In this document: one piece after another, positions 23,977-35,517 of the stretch
Numbering within the stretch: position 1 is the first letter of the stretch
Layout: the number at the start of each line of letters is the position of its first letter
Assembly: GCA_004431415.1 (NCBI GenBank)
Contig: QPMI01000439.1
Location: forward strand, 372,001-436,000
Direction: 5' to 3'
DNA length: 64,000 bases
Origin: Cyanophora paradoxa CCMP329
Taxonomy: Eukaryota; Plantae; Glaucophyta
Program-made: the position numbers and the translations under genes
Notes under the pieces: model-generated
The model's database searches: none
What the model was told of the DNA's origin: nothing
What the model saw: only the letters and a program-made list of their open reading frames with translations

Positions 23977-26313
23977 ATAGAGGACGCCGAGCTGATAGAG
24001 GACGCCGAGTGCAAAGGGGCGTGCCAGGGTTGCCCCCACGGGCCTAGGCCAAGGGCAGAGTCTCAACTCTACAGCCACCCCTAAGCCACTTTAGGCTATC
24101 TCTCCGCGCCGGACCAGACCAGACCGAACTAGAATGGAGTGCGCTGGGCACGCCCGGGGCCAGGCTAGAGCGAACTGGCGTTAGCTAGGCTTGCTGCAGC
24201 CGCAGCCGTCCCCGGCGCGCACGCTCCCGCCCGCTCCCGCATTACACTAGGCCCGCCCGCCCCGAACCCCGGGCCAGGCTAGAGAACGGGCCAGGCCTAG
24301 CTGGATGGACTTGCAGCGGCCGTCGCCCCGCCGACCCCCCGCCGACCCCTGCCGGCGCCCTCGGAAAATAGTAGACCCGCCCCGGGCCTGGGCCCGGGCC
24401 CTAGGCCCGCCCCGGGCCAGGCTAGAGAACGAACTGGGCCTAGCTGGATGAACTCGCCGCGGCCGCGGCCGTCGCCCCGCCCCCCCACCGCCCACCCGCC
24501 CGCCGGCCCCCCGCCGACCCCCCGCGCCCTCGCAGAACTCGAACACGGCGCGGCACCTGGCGGAGTTCTGGATGATCGAGCCCGAGATGGCCTTCGCCGA
24601 CCTCGCCGCCGACGCCGACTGCGCCGAGGCGAGTACCCCCCCATACAACCATTTACCCCCTTCCTCCCTCCCGACGTCCCCGCGAAGCGACGCCCCCGCC
24701 GGCACGGAGCTCAGGGCTAGCTTGATCTAGCTAGCCTAGTCTAGAGCCCTGAAGCCCCGCGGCCCTGAAGCCCCGCGGCCCTGATCTTAGCGAGCCCTGA
24801 AGCCCCGCGGCCTCTTCGCGCCGCCTCCGCCCCGGCCTGACGTCCGGCCTGCGCCGGCCCCGCCCGCAGGGCTTCATCAAGTTCGCCATCGGCAAGGTGC
24901 GCGGGCAAACGGGCGCCGCCGGCCGGCCTGCGTACCGCCCTTTCCTCCCCCTGGATTCGAGCCGCGCGTACCCCCAGGTGCTGAAGGAGAACGCGGAGGA
25001 CCTCGCGCTCTTCGACAGCTTCGTCGAGAAGGGCCTCATCAAGGCGCGTACTGTACCCCCTCCTCTGGTCCTTCGAGCCCGTCGGGTTAAAATTCCCGTT
25101 CCGTTCATTGTGTGTGTAGAGGGATTCCATTTTTTCCATAAGTAGCTAATTTCAATCTAATCGATTAGAAGATCCAAGCGTTGGTTTAATGCAGTACCCC
25201 CCTCCTAACCTGCGCTCCCTGTACCCCCCGCAGCGCCTGGAGCGGCTGGTGGACCGCCCCTTCGTTCGCATCACGTACACGGAGGCGATCGACCTGCTCA
25301 AGAACCGCAAGCTCGGCGAGGGCGAGAAGGCGCGCTTGACCGCCAGAGCTTAAATTTGCGGGGGAGAGGCTGCCGGGAGAGAGGAGAAGACTACTTAGGA
25401 GGTCTACTAGAGGCGCCGCCGCCGCCGGCCGCGCGCCTGCCGACGCCCCGCCCCCTTCACCACAATCGCCGATTCGGGTTTTCGGTGCGCAGCCGTTCGA
25501 GTTCCCGGTGGAGTGGGGCATGGACCTGCAGTCCGAGCACGAGCGCTGGCTCACCGAGACAGCCTTCGACAGGCGCGCCCTGCCCTGTACCCCCGCCCGC
25601 GCCCCTTCTCCTCCCCCCCCCTCCCCCAACCGCCGCGCAGCACGCCCGTCGTCGTGATGAACTACCCCAAGGACATCAAGGCGCGTACCCCGCGTTCTCC
25701 CCCCCCCCCCACTTTCTCCCCCGCCCCGCCTCTGAAAAAGCTGCCCCCCGCCCCTCCTTCCCAGGCCTTCTACATGCGCATGAACGAGGACGAGAAGACG
25801 GTCGCGGCCATGGACATCCTCGTACCCAAGGCGAGCCGCCGGGATCGATCGATACCGGAGCCGGCCGGCCGGCCGGCGGGCGGGCTGAGTGAGGCGCGGG
25901 GCGGGCGCGCGCGCAGATCGGGGAGCTGGTGGGCGGGTCCCAGCGCGAGGAGCGCGAGGACGTCCTCCGCCGCCGCCTCCGCGAGTGCGGCCTCCCCGAG
26001 GAGGAGTACGGGGTACGTGCGAATTCGAAAATTTGAATTCGAAAAATTTGAATTTTCGAATTTTTGAATTTGAATCTCTCTTTTTCGCCGCAGTCGTACC
26101 TGGACCTGCGGCGGTTCGGGTCGGTCCCGCACGCCGGCTTCGGAGTCGGATTCGAGCGGCTCGTCCTCTGCGCCACTGGTGCGCCCGCGCGCACCGCCGC
26201 TGGCGCCGCTCGGGATCCGTCGGGGGCCGACCGCGAGCCGACGGGGCGCAGGGATGGAGAACATTCGTGACGTCATCCCCTTCCCGCGTACCCCGGGCAA
26301 CGCCCTCTTCTAG
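21275..26313 (+). CDS. asnS: Organellar (bacterial-type) asparaginyl-tRNA synthetase, about 24 exons; alternative starts at 21275 and 21440
   Basis: [145 protein letters not shown]. Confidence 0.96.
23944..23975. repeat. (GCAA)8 microsatellite in an AsnRS intron
   Basis: Direct reading of the sequence. Confidence 0.9.
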
Positions 26314-26724
26314 GCCTTTAGCAGCCGCCCGAGATTTAGAGCCTGGAATCGATCTCGATTGTCTCGAATCCGGGGGGGGGTATATGTGGCGAACTGGGGG
26401 CGGGGGGGGAGGGGGGGGTGGACGCGAACGGAGCCCCCGGACTCCTCCACACACACACCCGGTCCCCGGACCCGGGGATTCGCAATCGGTTCAAGTTCCC
26501 CGTCTCAATCGCGATCAGATGTATTGGCGATGAATTCGGTAACTTGGTAATCGCCTACAGCTGCTGGCCCAGTGGCCCTGGCAGTTGGCCCTCAGGGCCT
26601 GCAGGCTGCAGCTGCCAGGGCGGCGGTTGCTATTGGCTCCGGTAGCTATACTGGAGTAGGCTGCGGCAGCTACTACCGTAGTACCTATACTACACTCTCT
26701 AGTATGGGGGAACGGCTCAGGTGT

Positions 26725-27131
26725 CAGGACTAACTTAGGAGAAAGTAGCAAGGCGACTGCGAAAAGCGGCCTAGGTTACAGCTAACGCTGCATTCCAGCT
26801 GCAGGCTCAGCGGCTGTGCGGCTGAGCCTGTGCAGCGCTGCCAGCGCTGCAGCCTGCAGCCTGCAGCCTGCACTGCGCGGCAGTACAGCGCTAGCTGCGC
26901 ATGCCGCCAGTCACGTGCAAGCGGCCTATAGGCTACTAGTATAGCTATGCCGCTGTGCGAGCCAGAACATGCATATGTGCAAGAACTGCTTCCGAAGACG
27001 CGATTCGACACTGGTTCATGTGTAAGAAGTTACTAAGAACTGCTTCTGCAGTGGCTCAAACCTCGCGAAGCCTCATTCGCTAGTGCTTTTTTTCTCGGGC
27101 GAAAAGCGTTTTTTCCTAAAGTTAGCCGCTG
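26725..27131. mobile_element. Degenerate hAT-like non-autonomous element
   Basis: Left end caggactaacttaggagaaa is roughly complementary to right end tttcctaaagttagccgctg. A similar right end (tttttctc.ggcgaaaa..ttagccgctga) recurs at 34783-34818. No clean TSD. Confidence 0.5.
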
Positions 27132-28206
27132 AGCGGCGTCCAATCAGCGACCGCGTGTCGATTTGATTTCCACGTACGCCGCGCCGACCACGCGTGAATG
27201 GTCATCGGCAATTTGGATTCGCGCAACTCAACAGTCGTCGACTCGGCGACGAATCATCTAACTGATCGTGCCTCATGAGGCGAATCGCCGGAGCGGTCCA
27301 GCGGACCAGTGGCAGCGGTAGCTATATATAGCTATAGCTTATAGCTATAGGCCTTGATCATGAGGCCGCTAGAATGCAGTCACTGAGTGCACGTGCCCTG
27401 CAGCTGCTGCTGGCCCCTGCAGTGGGCCCGGCCTGCAGACTGCCAGTGCAGTGCCACGGTGCCCTGCATGTCACTGCACGTCCACTGCAGGGGCCAGCAG
27501 CAGGGCACTGCCGGCCACTGCTGGGCAGTGCCGGCCACGGACTCGGGAGTCGGGACTACGCGCTATCGGTAATATCCGATTCGGTATACGGGAGCAACGG
27601 GACTCGGACCGTCGGACCGGGCCCGGGGACTCCGGAGTCCTGACTCCTGAGTCTGGCCTTCTCTCGTGCTGCGTCACAGCCTGCGTGACGTGCACCGTGA
27701 CTTACGCTTAAGTTCTCAGTTCTGCGCATGCTCCCGGCCCCGGCGGGGCGCCGGCCCGGCCCCGGCCCCCGGGCGGCGGGCGGCCGAGGCCCGGCCGCGG
27801 GCCCCGGGCCCCGGCCCCGGCCCCGGCCCCGGCCGCCGGCCCCCGGGGCGTCCGCCGGCGCGGGCCCTCCGAGGCTCCTGGGAGGCCGGCCGCGGGCGCC
27901 GGCTGCAGGCTGCATGCAGGCTGATGATGCAGCTGGGAAGTTCATCGGATAGACCGTCCGAGTCGGTCCGACCCGATGATGATCGTGATCAGAGAGTGGC
28001 AGAGACTGACAGACTCTGAGAGAGCTTGTGTACCGCGGCCGCCGTGCGCGTGCCAGAGTCAGCAGCAAGAGCTGCAAGACCGAGGCTGCGTACAGCAGCG
28101 TACCGTAGTACTACGCCGTCGCGCCGTGACGGTCACGGGTATGCGCATGCTGCAAGCTTTTGGAATTCGAACCGAATTCCGAAGTTCGAAGCTTTCGCTA
28201 GGGGCC

Positions 28207-30084
28207 ATGCATATGGCCGAGCTCGAGAATCGGCGCGCGTGCCCAGCCCTGACCATGGCCGCGGCCGAGGCGTTTAGTCGCCGCGAGTTGGCCGTAGACG
28301 CGGATGCTTTGCGCCGCTGCCGTGCGCTGATCATGAGCGCGGCCGTGGGGGAATGCAAGCCGCGGCGTCCCCAGCGGCGCCTGCCGGCGAGCGAGTACTC
28401 CGACGAAGAGAACGCGGCGCCGGACCCGCCGAGCCTGGAGCTCGAGGCAGCAAGCTTAAGCCCGAGCAGCGACGAGTGCGAGCCGGCCGCACCGGCGGCT
28501 GCGAGGTCCTGTGCTAGCGGGAGCGACGTCGACGTCGACCCGAATTCGGCGAGATTCCAAGGCTTCCCCCCTGTCTGCCGTCGCCTTTTCGACATGGTCC
28601 GTCTCTTTAGAGATTGCATCCAGTTATAAAAAGCATATATTTATAAATGGCATGCCGCGTGTGCCCTTGTGCGTGTATATACGTACATATCCGTGGCCGA
28701 ATTCGAGTTCGCAGATTTGGAGAGCGGTGGCCACGGCCGCGGTGGGAAGCTCGCGATCGCGATCGTTTGACAAATCCAACAAATCAGCGACATTGGCCGA
28801 GGGGCCACCCGGCCGCGCAATATTTATGGGAGACCCAGACACGGCGTCGGAGCGTGCTGCAGCTGCACCCTCGAGCTCCCCTGACGCCATCGACTTTGCC
28901 CAGTATCAGGTGCTCATGATCATGATCATGGTCACGTCATGATCATTTTAAACCCGAAGCCCTCAAACACAGCTCCTTATCTATTAGCTTCCTTCGCCCT
29001 TGATATACTATGAAATATGGATATCGATTCGGTTTCTGACGCCAATCTGCGACGCCAGCTCCTCCACAACGCCCTCCTCCGGGCAGTCGCCTCAGACTCG
29101 GCGTCCCATTCCTGGACCCTGAAAGAGTGCTCGTCCCTCGCAAAGGCAAACTGGGAGGTCGACGCCCGCGGCGAGGGCGCCCTGTCCCGCGCCGATTGGG
29201 ACACGTCGATGGCAGCACTCGCCCGCGCGTGGGCGTCGAGCGCCGCAGCCACACCGTCCCTCGTCCTCTCCATCCGCTGCATCGCCGCCGGCGCCGGCCT
29301 CCCCGACGACCTCCCCACCGCCTTCCTCTTCTGCCTCGTCCAGGTTCGACATGTTTAATTATAACGGATTATAAAATTAAATTCCTCAAGAACTCACATC
29401 GCAATTGCAAACAGACAATCACAACGGGATGTCCGCCGTGGCCCGCGGCTGCCCTCAGCACCTCTTCGGGCTCGCTCTCTGTCGTCGACACCGTCGCCCC
29501 CAGCCTTCTTCGCCTTCGTCCCTTCTTTGGTGCGTCGACGTCCGCCGGGCCGCGTCGCTATATATAGCTCAAGCGTCGATGTCGACGTCGACGTCGACGT
29601 TGCAATTGACGTCAAACATTAACTAGCTACAGCGCTTCCGATCTAGATCCGGATCCGCCCGCCCCACTCGCCCGCGGTTGCCCGCGCCCCCTTGCAACTG
29701 CCGCTGATCGCAATCGATATCGCAATCGGTGCAGACATTCCCTTCGGCGCCTGCACCCCGCGCGGCGTTCCCAGCATTCTCAGCGAGCACCAGCTGCCGC
29801 GCCAAGCACCGGGAACCCCCCGGCCCGCCTCGCCGGCGTTCCTCCGGAGCCTCGCCGCTTCGAAATCGCGATTGATCGCGACGCCGATCGCAAACTCCCC
29901 ATCGATATCGATATCGCCGGCCTCGAATTCTGAACCTGAATCTGAGTCCCTCGCGATCGCGCCCGCCGGGCGCCCGGCCTCTTTCTCCTCCTACAGCGGA
30001 TTCGGGCCCGTCGGCCTCCAGCGCGCCGCCCTCGAGAACCGCCTAAAGGGCCTCCTCCTGCTTCGCCGGCCCCGCTCCTTCTAA
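28207..30084 (+). CDS. Hypothetical EF-hand-like protein, paralog A (5 exons)
   Basis: Spliced ..RRLFDM/IWRAV..DAIDFAQYQ/LLHNALLRAV..KECSSLAKANWEVDARGEGALSRADWDTSMAALARAW../TITTG../DIPFGAC..LLLLRRPRSF*. Frame and splice sites are conserved in the paralog. The EF-hand-like call rests on motif resemblance only. Confidence 0.6.
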
Positions 30085-30815
30085 ATCTACAAAGCTGTAT
30101 ATATAGTTTGTGCTCGTAGTTCCGCAACAACAGCTTTGCGATTTTATTTCATGACTGCAATTTGCAATTTGGGGTAGCTATAGGCTTAGATGAAATAGCA
30201 AGTAATGGTTTCGCCAAGTGATGCAACAGCGAACCACTTCTTCTGCTTAGGCTTGCTGTCGAACGAAATCGCATTTATTATGCCTCCTGTCTCAGCGGCC
30301 TGCATGATCATCGGGTTACGAAACCATGCGAACCATATGCGTGGCCAGGATCCCCGGAGAAATTAGATGATACAAATGAAAGATGGGATTGAAGGGAAAT
30401 CGAGGATGCGTATACACTCTCAAATTTCTTATTCAAATTTCTTATTCAACGTTAACTGTCGAATTAGAATTCGCCCGTAGCGCGCGTGCACGTGGTCGAA
30501 AGTGCGCATGCCGCGAAAACTGCGCAAAAATTCTGTTTACATTCTCTTTTGTGTACTTCCACGTTTCTAGATCTTTTAGGCTGAATTCGAATGCAACAAA
30601 CGCTGAACATGCGCACCAACAGCCACAGCAGCAATCGCAAGCGCCTCATGGCCAAAGGCCTCATCGATATTGTGGCATCGAACGCGAGCCTGCGTATGCA
30701 TTTGCATCAATATTAATATATACGTATACACACATCGAAATACGTATATACTACGAGAGAGCTCGCGCACCTCGGCGCCGGCGGTGCCGGCTGCGCTGGA
30801 GTCCGGTCCGAGGTG

Positions 30816-31343
30816 CTAGGCAAAGCCGCCGAGGGAGGCGCCGCCCGTCGAGATGGCGACGACGACGGCGAAGGCGAGGCAGAGGACGGAGAAGGCGAAG
30901 ACGGCGAGGAAGAGGACGAAGCAGCCGACCTCGAAGGCGGAGACCGAGCCCGAGAGGCCGGCCACGTCGCGCGGGCCGAGATCCATGCCCATATGCGCGC
31001 GCGCGCGCGCTGGCAAATCGAACGAGCGCGCCGTGCACACGCCGCGGCGCGTGATTCAATGATTTCGCGGTAGACGTCCGACCGTCGGACGGTTGCGAAA
31101 CCGAGTGAGGCTGAGGCCGCGCGCGAAAGTGCGGCTGATGACTCGACGGTTCTTTCAGCTCCGGCGGCAGCGATAGCAGCGCGTTGCACGGAGAGATCGG
31201 CAGCCTGTAGCTGGCTCTGCGGCAGTACTAGCCGCTGATGGGAAGCTGCTGCGAAAACTGGTTTTCCTGACCATGAGCTCTCTTTCCTGGCCATGGGGCG
31301 CTTTATCCAGATTATCCAGCGATATTCTCCTTGTATGTGCCAC
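30816..31343 (-). CDS. Small hypothetical membrane protein with C-terminal hydrophobic helix, paralog A (start uncertain)
   Basis: Last exon MGMDLGPRDVAGLSGSVSAFEVGCFVLFLAVFAFSVLCLAFAVVVAISTGGASLGGFA* uses almost only G/C-ending codons. The stop is conserved in the paralog. Confidence 0.55.
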
Positions 31344-32379
31344 GTGCCACGGCCCTAGAATTGCCCTAGATATATCCTTATTGTGAATTGCGCTGCTTTT
31401 CAGAGTCTACTCGGTGCACTGCGGCACGTGGCCGCCCGAAATTAAAGCTGCATGCGCAAGGTCCGACCGTCGTTGGGCTCGATCCAAAAACTGGTTGTTC
31501 GAGAGTCCGCGAGTTCATGATCAGCTGCTGGCCCAGTGGCTCAACGATTTTCAACTGGCTACAGCAATACTACCTGGAAGCGCTAGCGCTCGCTTGCTAT
31601 CGATGTGACGATGTCGACCGACCCCCGTGCCTTAAGCTTGCGATCGGCCCATATGCATGGGCAGAGCCTCGGAGGATTTCGCGCTGCCGCAGTGCAGCCC
31701 CGGCAGCCTGCCACAATTTTTACAAGCTCGGGCGTTTTCGCCGCGGCGCCGTGTCACAGCCACGCGCGAAACTGGTTTTCGGCGTCCGCGGCCTCTAGAT
31801 CTCCAATCTTGATCATGAGGCCACGTTACAGGATTCACAGCCCCAGCGCACTCCGCCGTCGTATATAGCCCAGGTGTGAGGCCCGGCCCATCCGATGGTC
31901 ATGAATAGCTCTACTAGGGCTAGCTTAGCGCTAGCTTCTGGTTTCCGCGTCCGCGGTGCCGATTTTGCATCAAACCGTTAAACAGGCCTCAGCGGCTGCC
32001 GCAGTGCGGCTGCGAAATCAGACTCTTTATTCATCAATATCAATGCCAATGATGTGACGACGTCGCGATCGACCATATCCATCCGGTCCGATGATCGGAT
32101 CCGGACTCGCCGCCATTGGAATGGCCCGTGCCCGGGCCATCAGATTTCGCGCTGCTGCAGTGCAGCTGCACTCGATGGCTGCGGTGCGCATGCAGCAATT
32201 TTGCAGCGCCACGCGCAAAATTCAAACCAGTTTTCCGACCCTGATCCCTGAATCCCGAATTGATAGTTTCCGACCCAGTTTTCCTAAGTGGTATCCCCCC
32301 AATCAACCGCCCTACACAAGCCTGAAAATTTCATAACGACATATATATAATTTGGGGGCGTCGACGTCGTATTTCACAT

Positions 32380-32880
32380 ACTATAGTGGAGAAGGGTGCT
32401 AGTTTACTGTACTGCAGCTGTAAACGTAGAAATCTTCGACAGCGTCTTTATTTCGTCTACGGCAGTATATTCGTCAGACCCCCGCTTTGACGAATATTTG
32501 ATATACTCTTGAACGGAAATTTTGTATGGAGAGGGGTACTAACGGTTGACCCATCTATGGCGGAGACGCGGGGCTGACGAAAATATGATGCTGGCGAACC
32601 ATATTTTCGTCACGATTTTCGAATTCGGGTTTGTCGAAATTAAGTCTCGACCGAATGCGCATTCAACAAGTACTAGTACGGTTGAAGTACCGTACGGTAG
32701 TAACCGTACTTAGTAGTACCGTTACTAGTACTGAAGAGTTAGAAATATTTAGTGGGCTGCATATTTATAGTACTAATTATAAATGTTTTTGGGCGATCTA
32801 CCGTAGTGCTAAATATTTCCCGCCTGCTAAAGCCGAGAATTTGTAGGGGTAGCCCCATCTCCGCCATACAAAAGCCCCGG
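32380..32880. mobile_element. Inverted-repeat-rich DNA-transposon/foldback remnant
   Basis: Perfect IRs atattcgtca/tgacgaatat (32467-32497) and tgacgaaaatatg/catattttcgtca (32575-32612). Longer-range IR ttttgtatgg..gggtac versus gtagccccatctccgccatacaaaa (about 32520 and 32850). Confidence 0.45.
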
Positions 32881-32977
32881 CCCAGCTGCGAGGACTGACC
32901 TACTAAACATTTACTAGCTACGGTAGCGAAAGTACTACTGCGAAAAGTACTACGGTAGCAGTTTTGGCTATAGCTAG

Positions 32978-34092
32978 CTATAGTCCTCGTGCTCGACCTG
33001 TTGTTCGCCGTCGTTTGCAGTTCGATTGCCCGCCTCGACCCCGGCCGGCTTTAGTGATTCCTTTGACTGTCCTTTTGCCTGCTCTTGATCCGCCTGCCGC
33101 AGTGCTCCGCCTCCTGTGTCCTCCTCGACCTCGTGCCGTAGCTCTGCCCTTTCGCGTCGTCCTGCTTCGCCTCCGCCTCCATGTCGTCTTGTTGTTCCTC
33201 TTACTTGTCTTCTTCCTGTTATTTATCTTTCTCAATTTTGTCCCCCGCTTCTTAGTGATGTAATTCCTTCTGATATTGATGGTATCTCTAGCTCTGGCTC
33301 TTCTTCGTGTCAGTTCTCCTCTGTCCCTAGATCTGCTCGATTTATCGTCTCTTCTCGCTATCGATCTGTCTCGAGCTCTGTGTCTTTCCTTTTTTATTGT
33401 CGATTTTGGCTCTTTGTCTTATCTTTCTTCGTGCTCTTGTTGCAAGGGGGGAAGGATTCCCCCTTGCTTCCCGTTCCCTCGCTTCAGCCAAAAGTTTTCT
33501 ATGAGGCCGTTTTCGAGGTCCAGTTTGCAACACCGGAAAAAATGACGGGTTATTCGCGTTCTGATTGGCTCGGTGGACCGGTAAGCCCTCGACTTTCGAC
33601 CGTGAAAGTCGAGCTCGCGAGAGCACTTTCGAACTCGCGAAAAGTGGTTTTCGAGGGGAAAACCAACTTCTCTGAGTGAAGTTCTCTCGAGCTCTCGCTC
33701 CGGGGCCCGGGCTCTCCCTTGCGCGGTTCTGCATGGAACCACTTCTCCCTAGCTGTCTCCTGTACATTTCCGCTTCCTCGCACTGCGCCGCGTACGCCGC
33801 ACGGTACCCGTCACACACGGCGTGCCGCCTGGACTACTTTTCACTGCATCAAGCTTGCGCCGCAGCACCGCCTACCGAGCACGCGCCGCTGCTCTCTTCA
33901 AGGCTTGCAAGACTGCTCTCTTCAGGACCGGCGCCGCTGGCTGCCCCTCACCCCCACTGGGCCATGGTCGACTTCCGCCCCGACCCCCTCCAGAAGGCCT
34001 GGATCGCCTATGTTTACGGCGAGCCCTCTTTTTATGCATTATCTTTTAGCCAGCTGTTCAGGGTTAGCGGTAGGCCGTATGAACACAGTTGA
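32978..34092. mobile_element. Possible decayed retroelement fragments
   Basis: Intronless purine-rich minus-strand frames with stops (32978-33450), a hairpin cluster with a CCAAT box (33446-33665), and a plus-strand ORF remnant ending in a stem-loop (34051-34091). No diagnostic RT motif. Confidence 0.25.
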
Positions 34093-35517
34093 TACTCAGC
34101 GTTTTTTGGCTCCAGAAAAATCTTTAATATAATTAATGTGCGCTGAATCTGGCCTTTCATTGAGGCTTTTCTTTATTCGGTTTGATCGCAGCGTGTGCTT
34201 ATCGGGCCTTTTCTTTTTTTTCAATCTTAATCTGTGTTTATCTTTACATGTACACTTCAACCTCCCGCGCGCACTGGCCCAGTGGGCCGGGGTCGATCTG
34301 CCGCACGCATGTGCGTCCCACTACGACTCTTTCATAAGATCCCGGTTCCCCCTTGCACCCCCGGCGCGACAAACGCGGCCGGGCCACTGGTCTTAGTTAT
34401 TTTGCTTTTTTGTCTTTATGCCCCTGGGCAGCCCCCGCAGTGCTGGTGTCTAGAGACTGTGGCCGGTAATTCACCAAAAAAATTAATTATTTTCCTGTAC
34501 TAAATTAACTAGCCTAGTAGTAGTTCTCCAGTGTAACTTACTACGTTCAACGGTTGTACGATTTGGTGTTTTTTTCGATTCGGCACTGCCGCACTGGTCC
34601 GTGTGTTCGAACTTCGGCAGTGGTCCGATCCGTGAGCAAGATCTTTTTTTCGGACTTCCCTTTATATACATCGATATCTATACGCAAGTGTACCCGGGTA
34701 GTAGGCGTGTACGTCAACAGGCTTGTACCGTCACGGTACTACCGTGTAGTATACGTAGCTATAGGCGTGTACGTCAACAGGCTTTTTTCTCAGGCGAAAA
34801 GGATTATTTAGCCGCTGAGGGCCTGAGACTAGGCTGAGAGGCGTACTACGGTACCGTCGCGTACGCGTCTAGCCCGGAAGCTCCGGCGGAGTCCCGGAGT
34901 CCCGGATCCGGATTCCGGATTCCGGAGTCCGGACTCCGGACTCTGGAGTCTGGACTCTGGATCCGCCCGGCGCCCGCGCCGGCCCTTCATTGGGCCGGGT
35001 GGCCCGGGGTGCACGTGGGCCCTCAATGACATCATTGCCACGATTCATTGGCATGCCCGGCGGCCGCGATGATGCGCATGCAATGCGCGCAAGTTGCAAT
35101 TGCGGGCAATTAATTTGCCAAGTTGGCGGAAGTTGGCGCCGGCATTGTACGTGAGCCGGAGTCCGCCGGCCCTCATGCCATGATGATCAGGCCTCAGCTA
35201 GCTTGGCCGGGCAGGAGCTCGAGCCTGATCATGAGAGGGCCGGCTCTCAGACTCTGAGAATCTCAGGATTCTCAGCCGGGCCTGAGCCGGCCCTCCCGGA
35301 AAGTCCCGGAGTCCGCCGCTGCGCGTGCGGCCGCCAGCTATACCGGTAGCCTATAGCTATAGCTACCGCCGGGCCGGTACTACGGTAGGCTGCGGCGGTA
35401 GCTACTAAGTACTAAGTAGTAGCCTAGTACTAGTAGGAGCCTGCAGCCGCTAGCTATCAATGCCGCAGTGCCCTATCACTCAGGTAGTATATATCATCAT
35501 GGCATAGTACTCTATAC

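Larger units (their letters stand above)
28200..32160. repeat. Segmental duplication, copy 1 (paralog at about 36357-40694, same orientation)
   Basis: Collinear matches: 28200/36357, 28875-29345/37089-37558, 29645-30080/37845-38265, 30195-30360/39217-39390, 30455-31330/39460-40310, 31470-31510/40478-40515, 31940-32160/40549-40694. Confidence 0.92.

Noticed and set aside
22218-24870. Introner-like repeated introns
   Set aside because: The long AsnRS introns contain only internal local repeats (for example gggccaggctagag, ccctgaagccccgcgg) and are not similar to one another.
25186-26454. 422-aa minus-strand ORF and many other long Arg/Pro/Ala-rich ORFs in the track
   Set aside because: Antisense or off-frame artefacts of high GC over spliced genes; no recognisable motifs.
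27921-27950. CTGATGA hammerhead-ribozyme core
   Set aside because: No stem II with GAAA and no flanking helices.
28750-28766. Cyanobacterial HIP1 octamer GCGATCGC, which recurs through the window
   Set aside because: It is one of many enriched palindromes. There is no evidence for specific HIP1 enrichment without k-mer statistics.
30813-31073. Acidic ORF (DDDGEGEAEDGEGEDGEEEDE) on the + strand, also at 39775-40119
   Set aside because: Antisense shadow of the GC3-rich hydrophobic minus-strand exon.
34702-34784. 23-bp direct repeat separated by 37 bp, CRISPR-like dimensions
   Set aside because: Only two repeats, the spacer is palindromic filler, there are no cas genes, and the context is eukaryotic. 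Better explained as a duplication scar.
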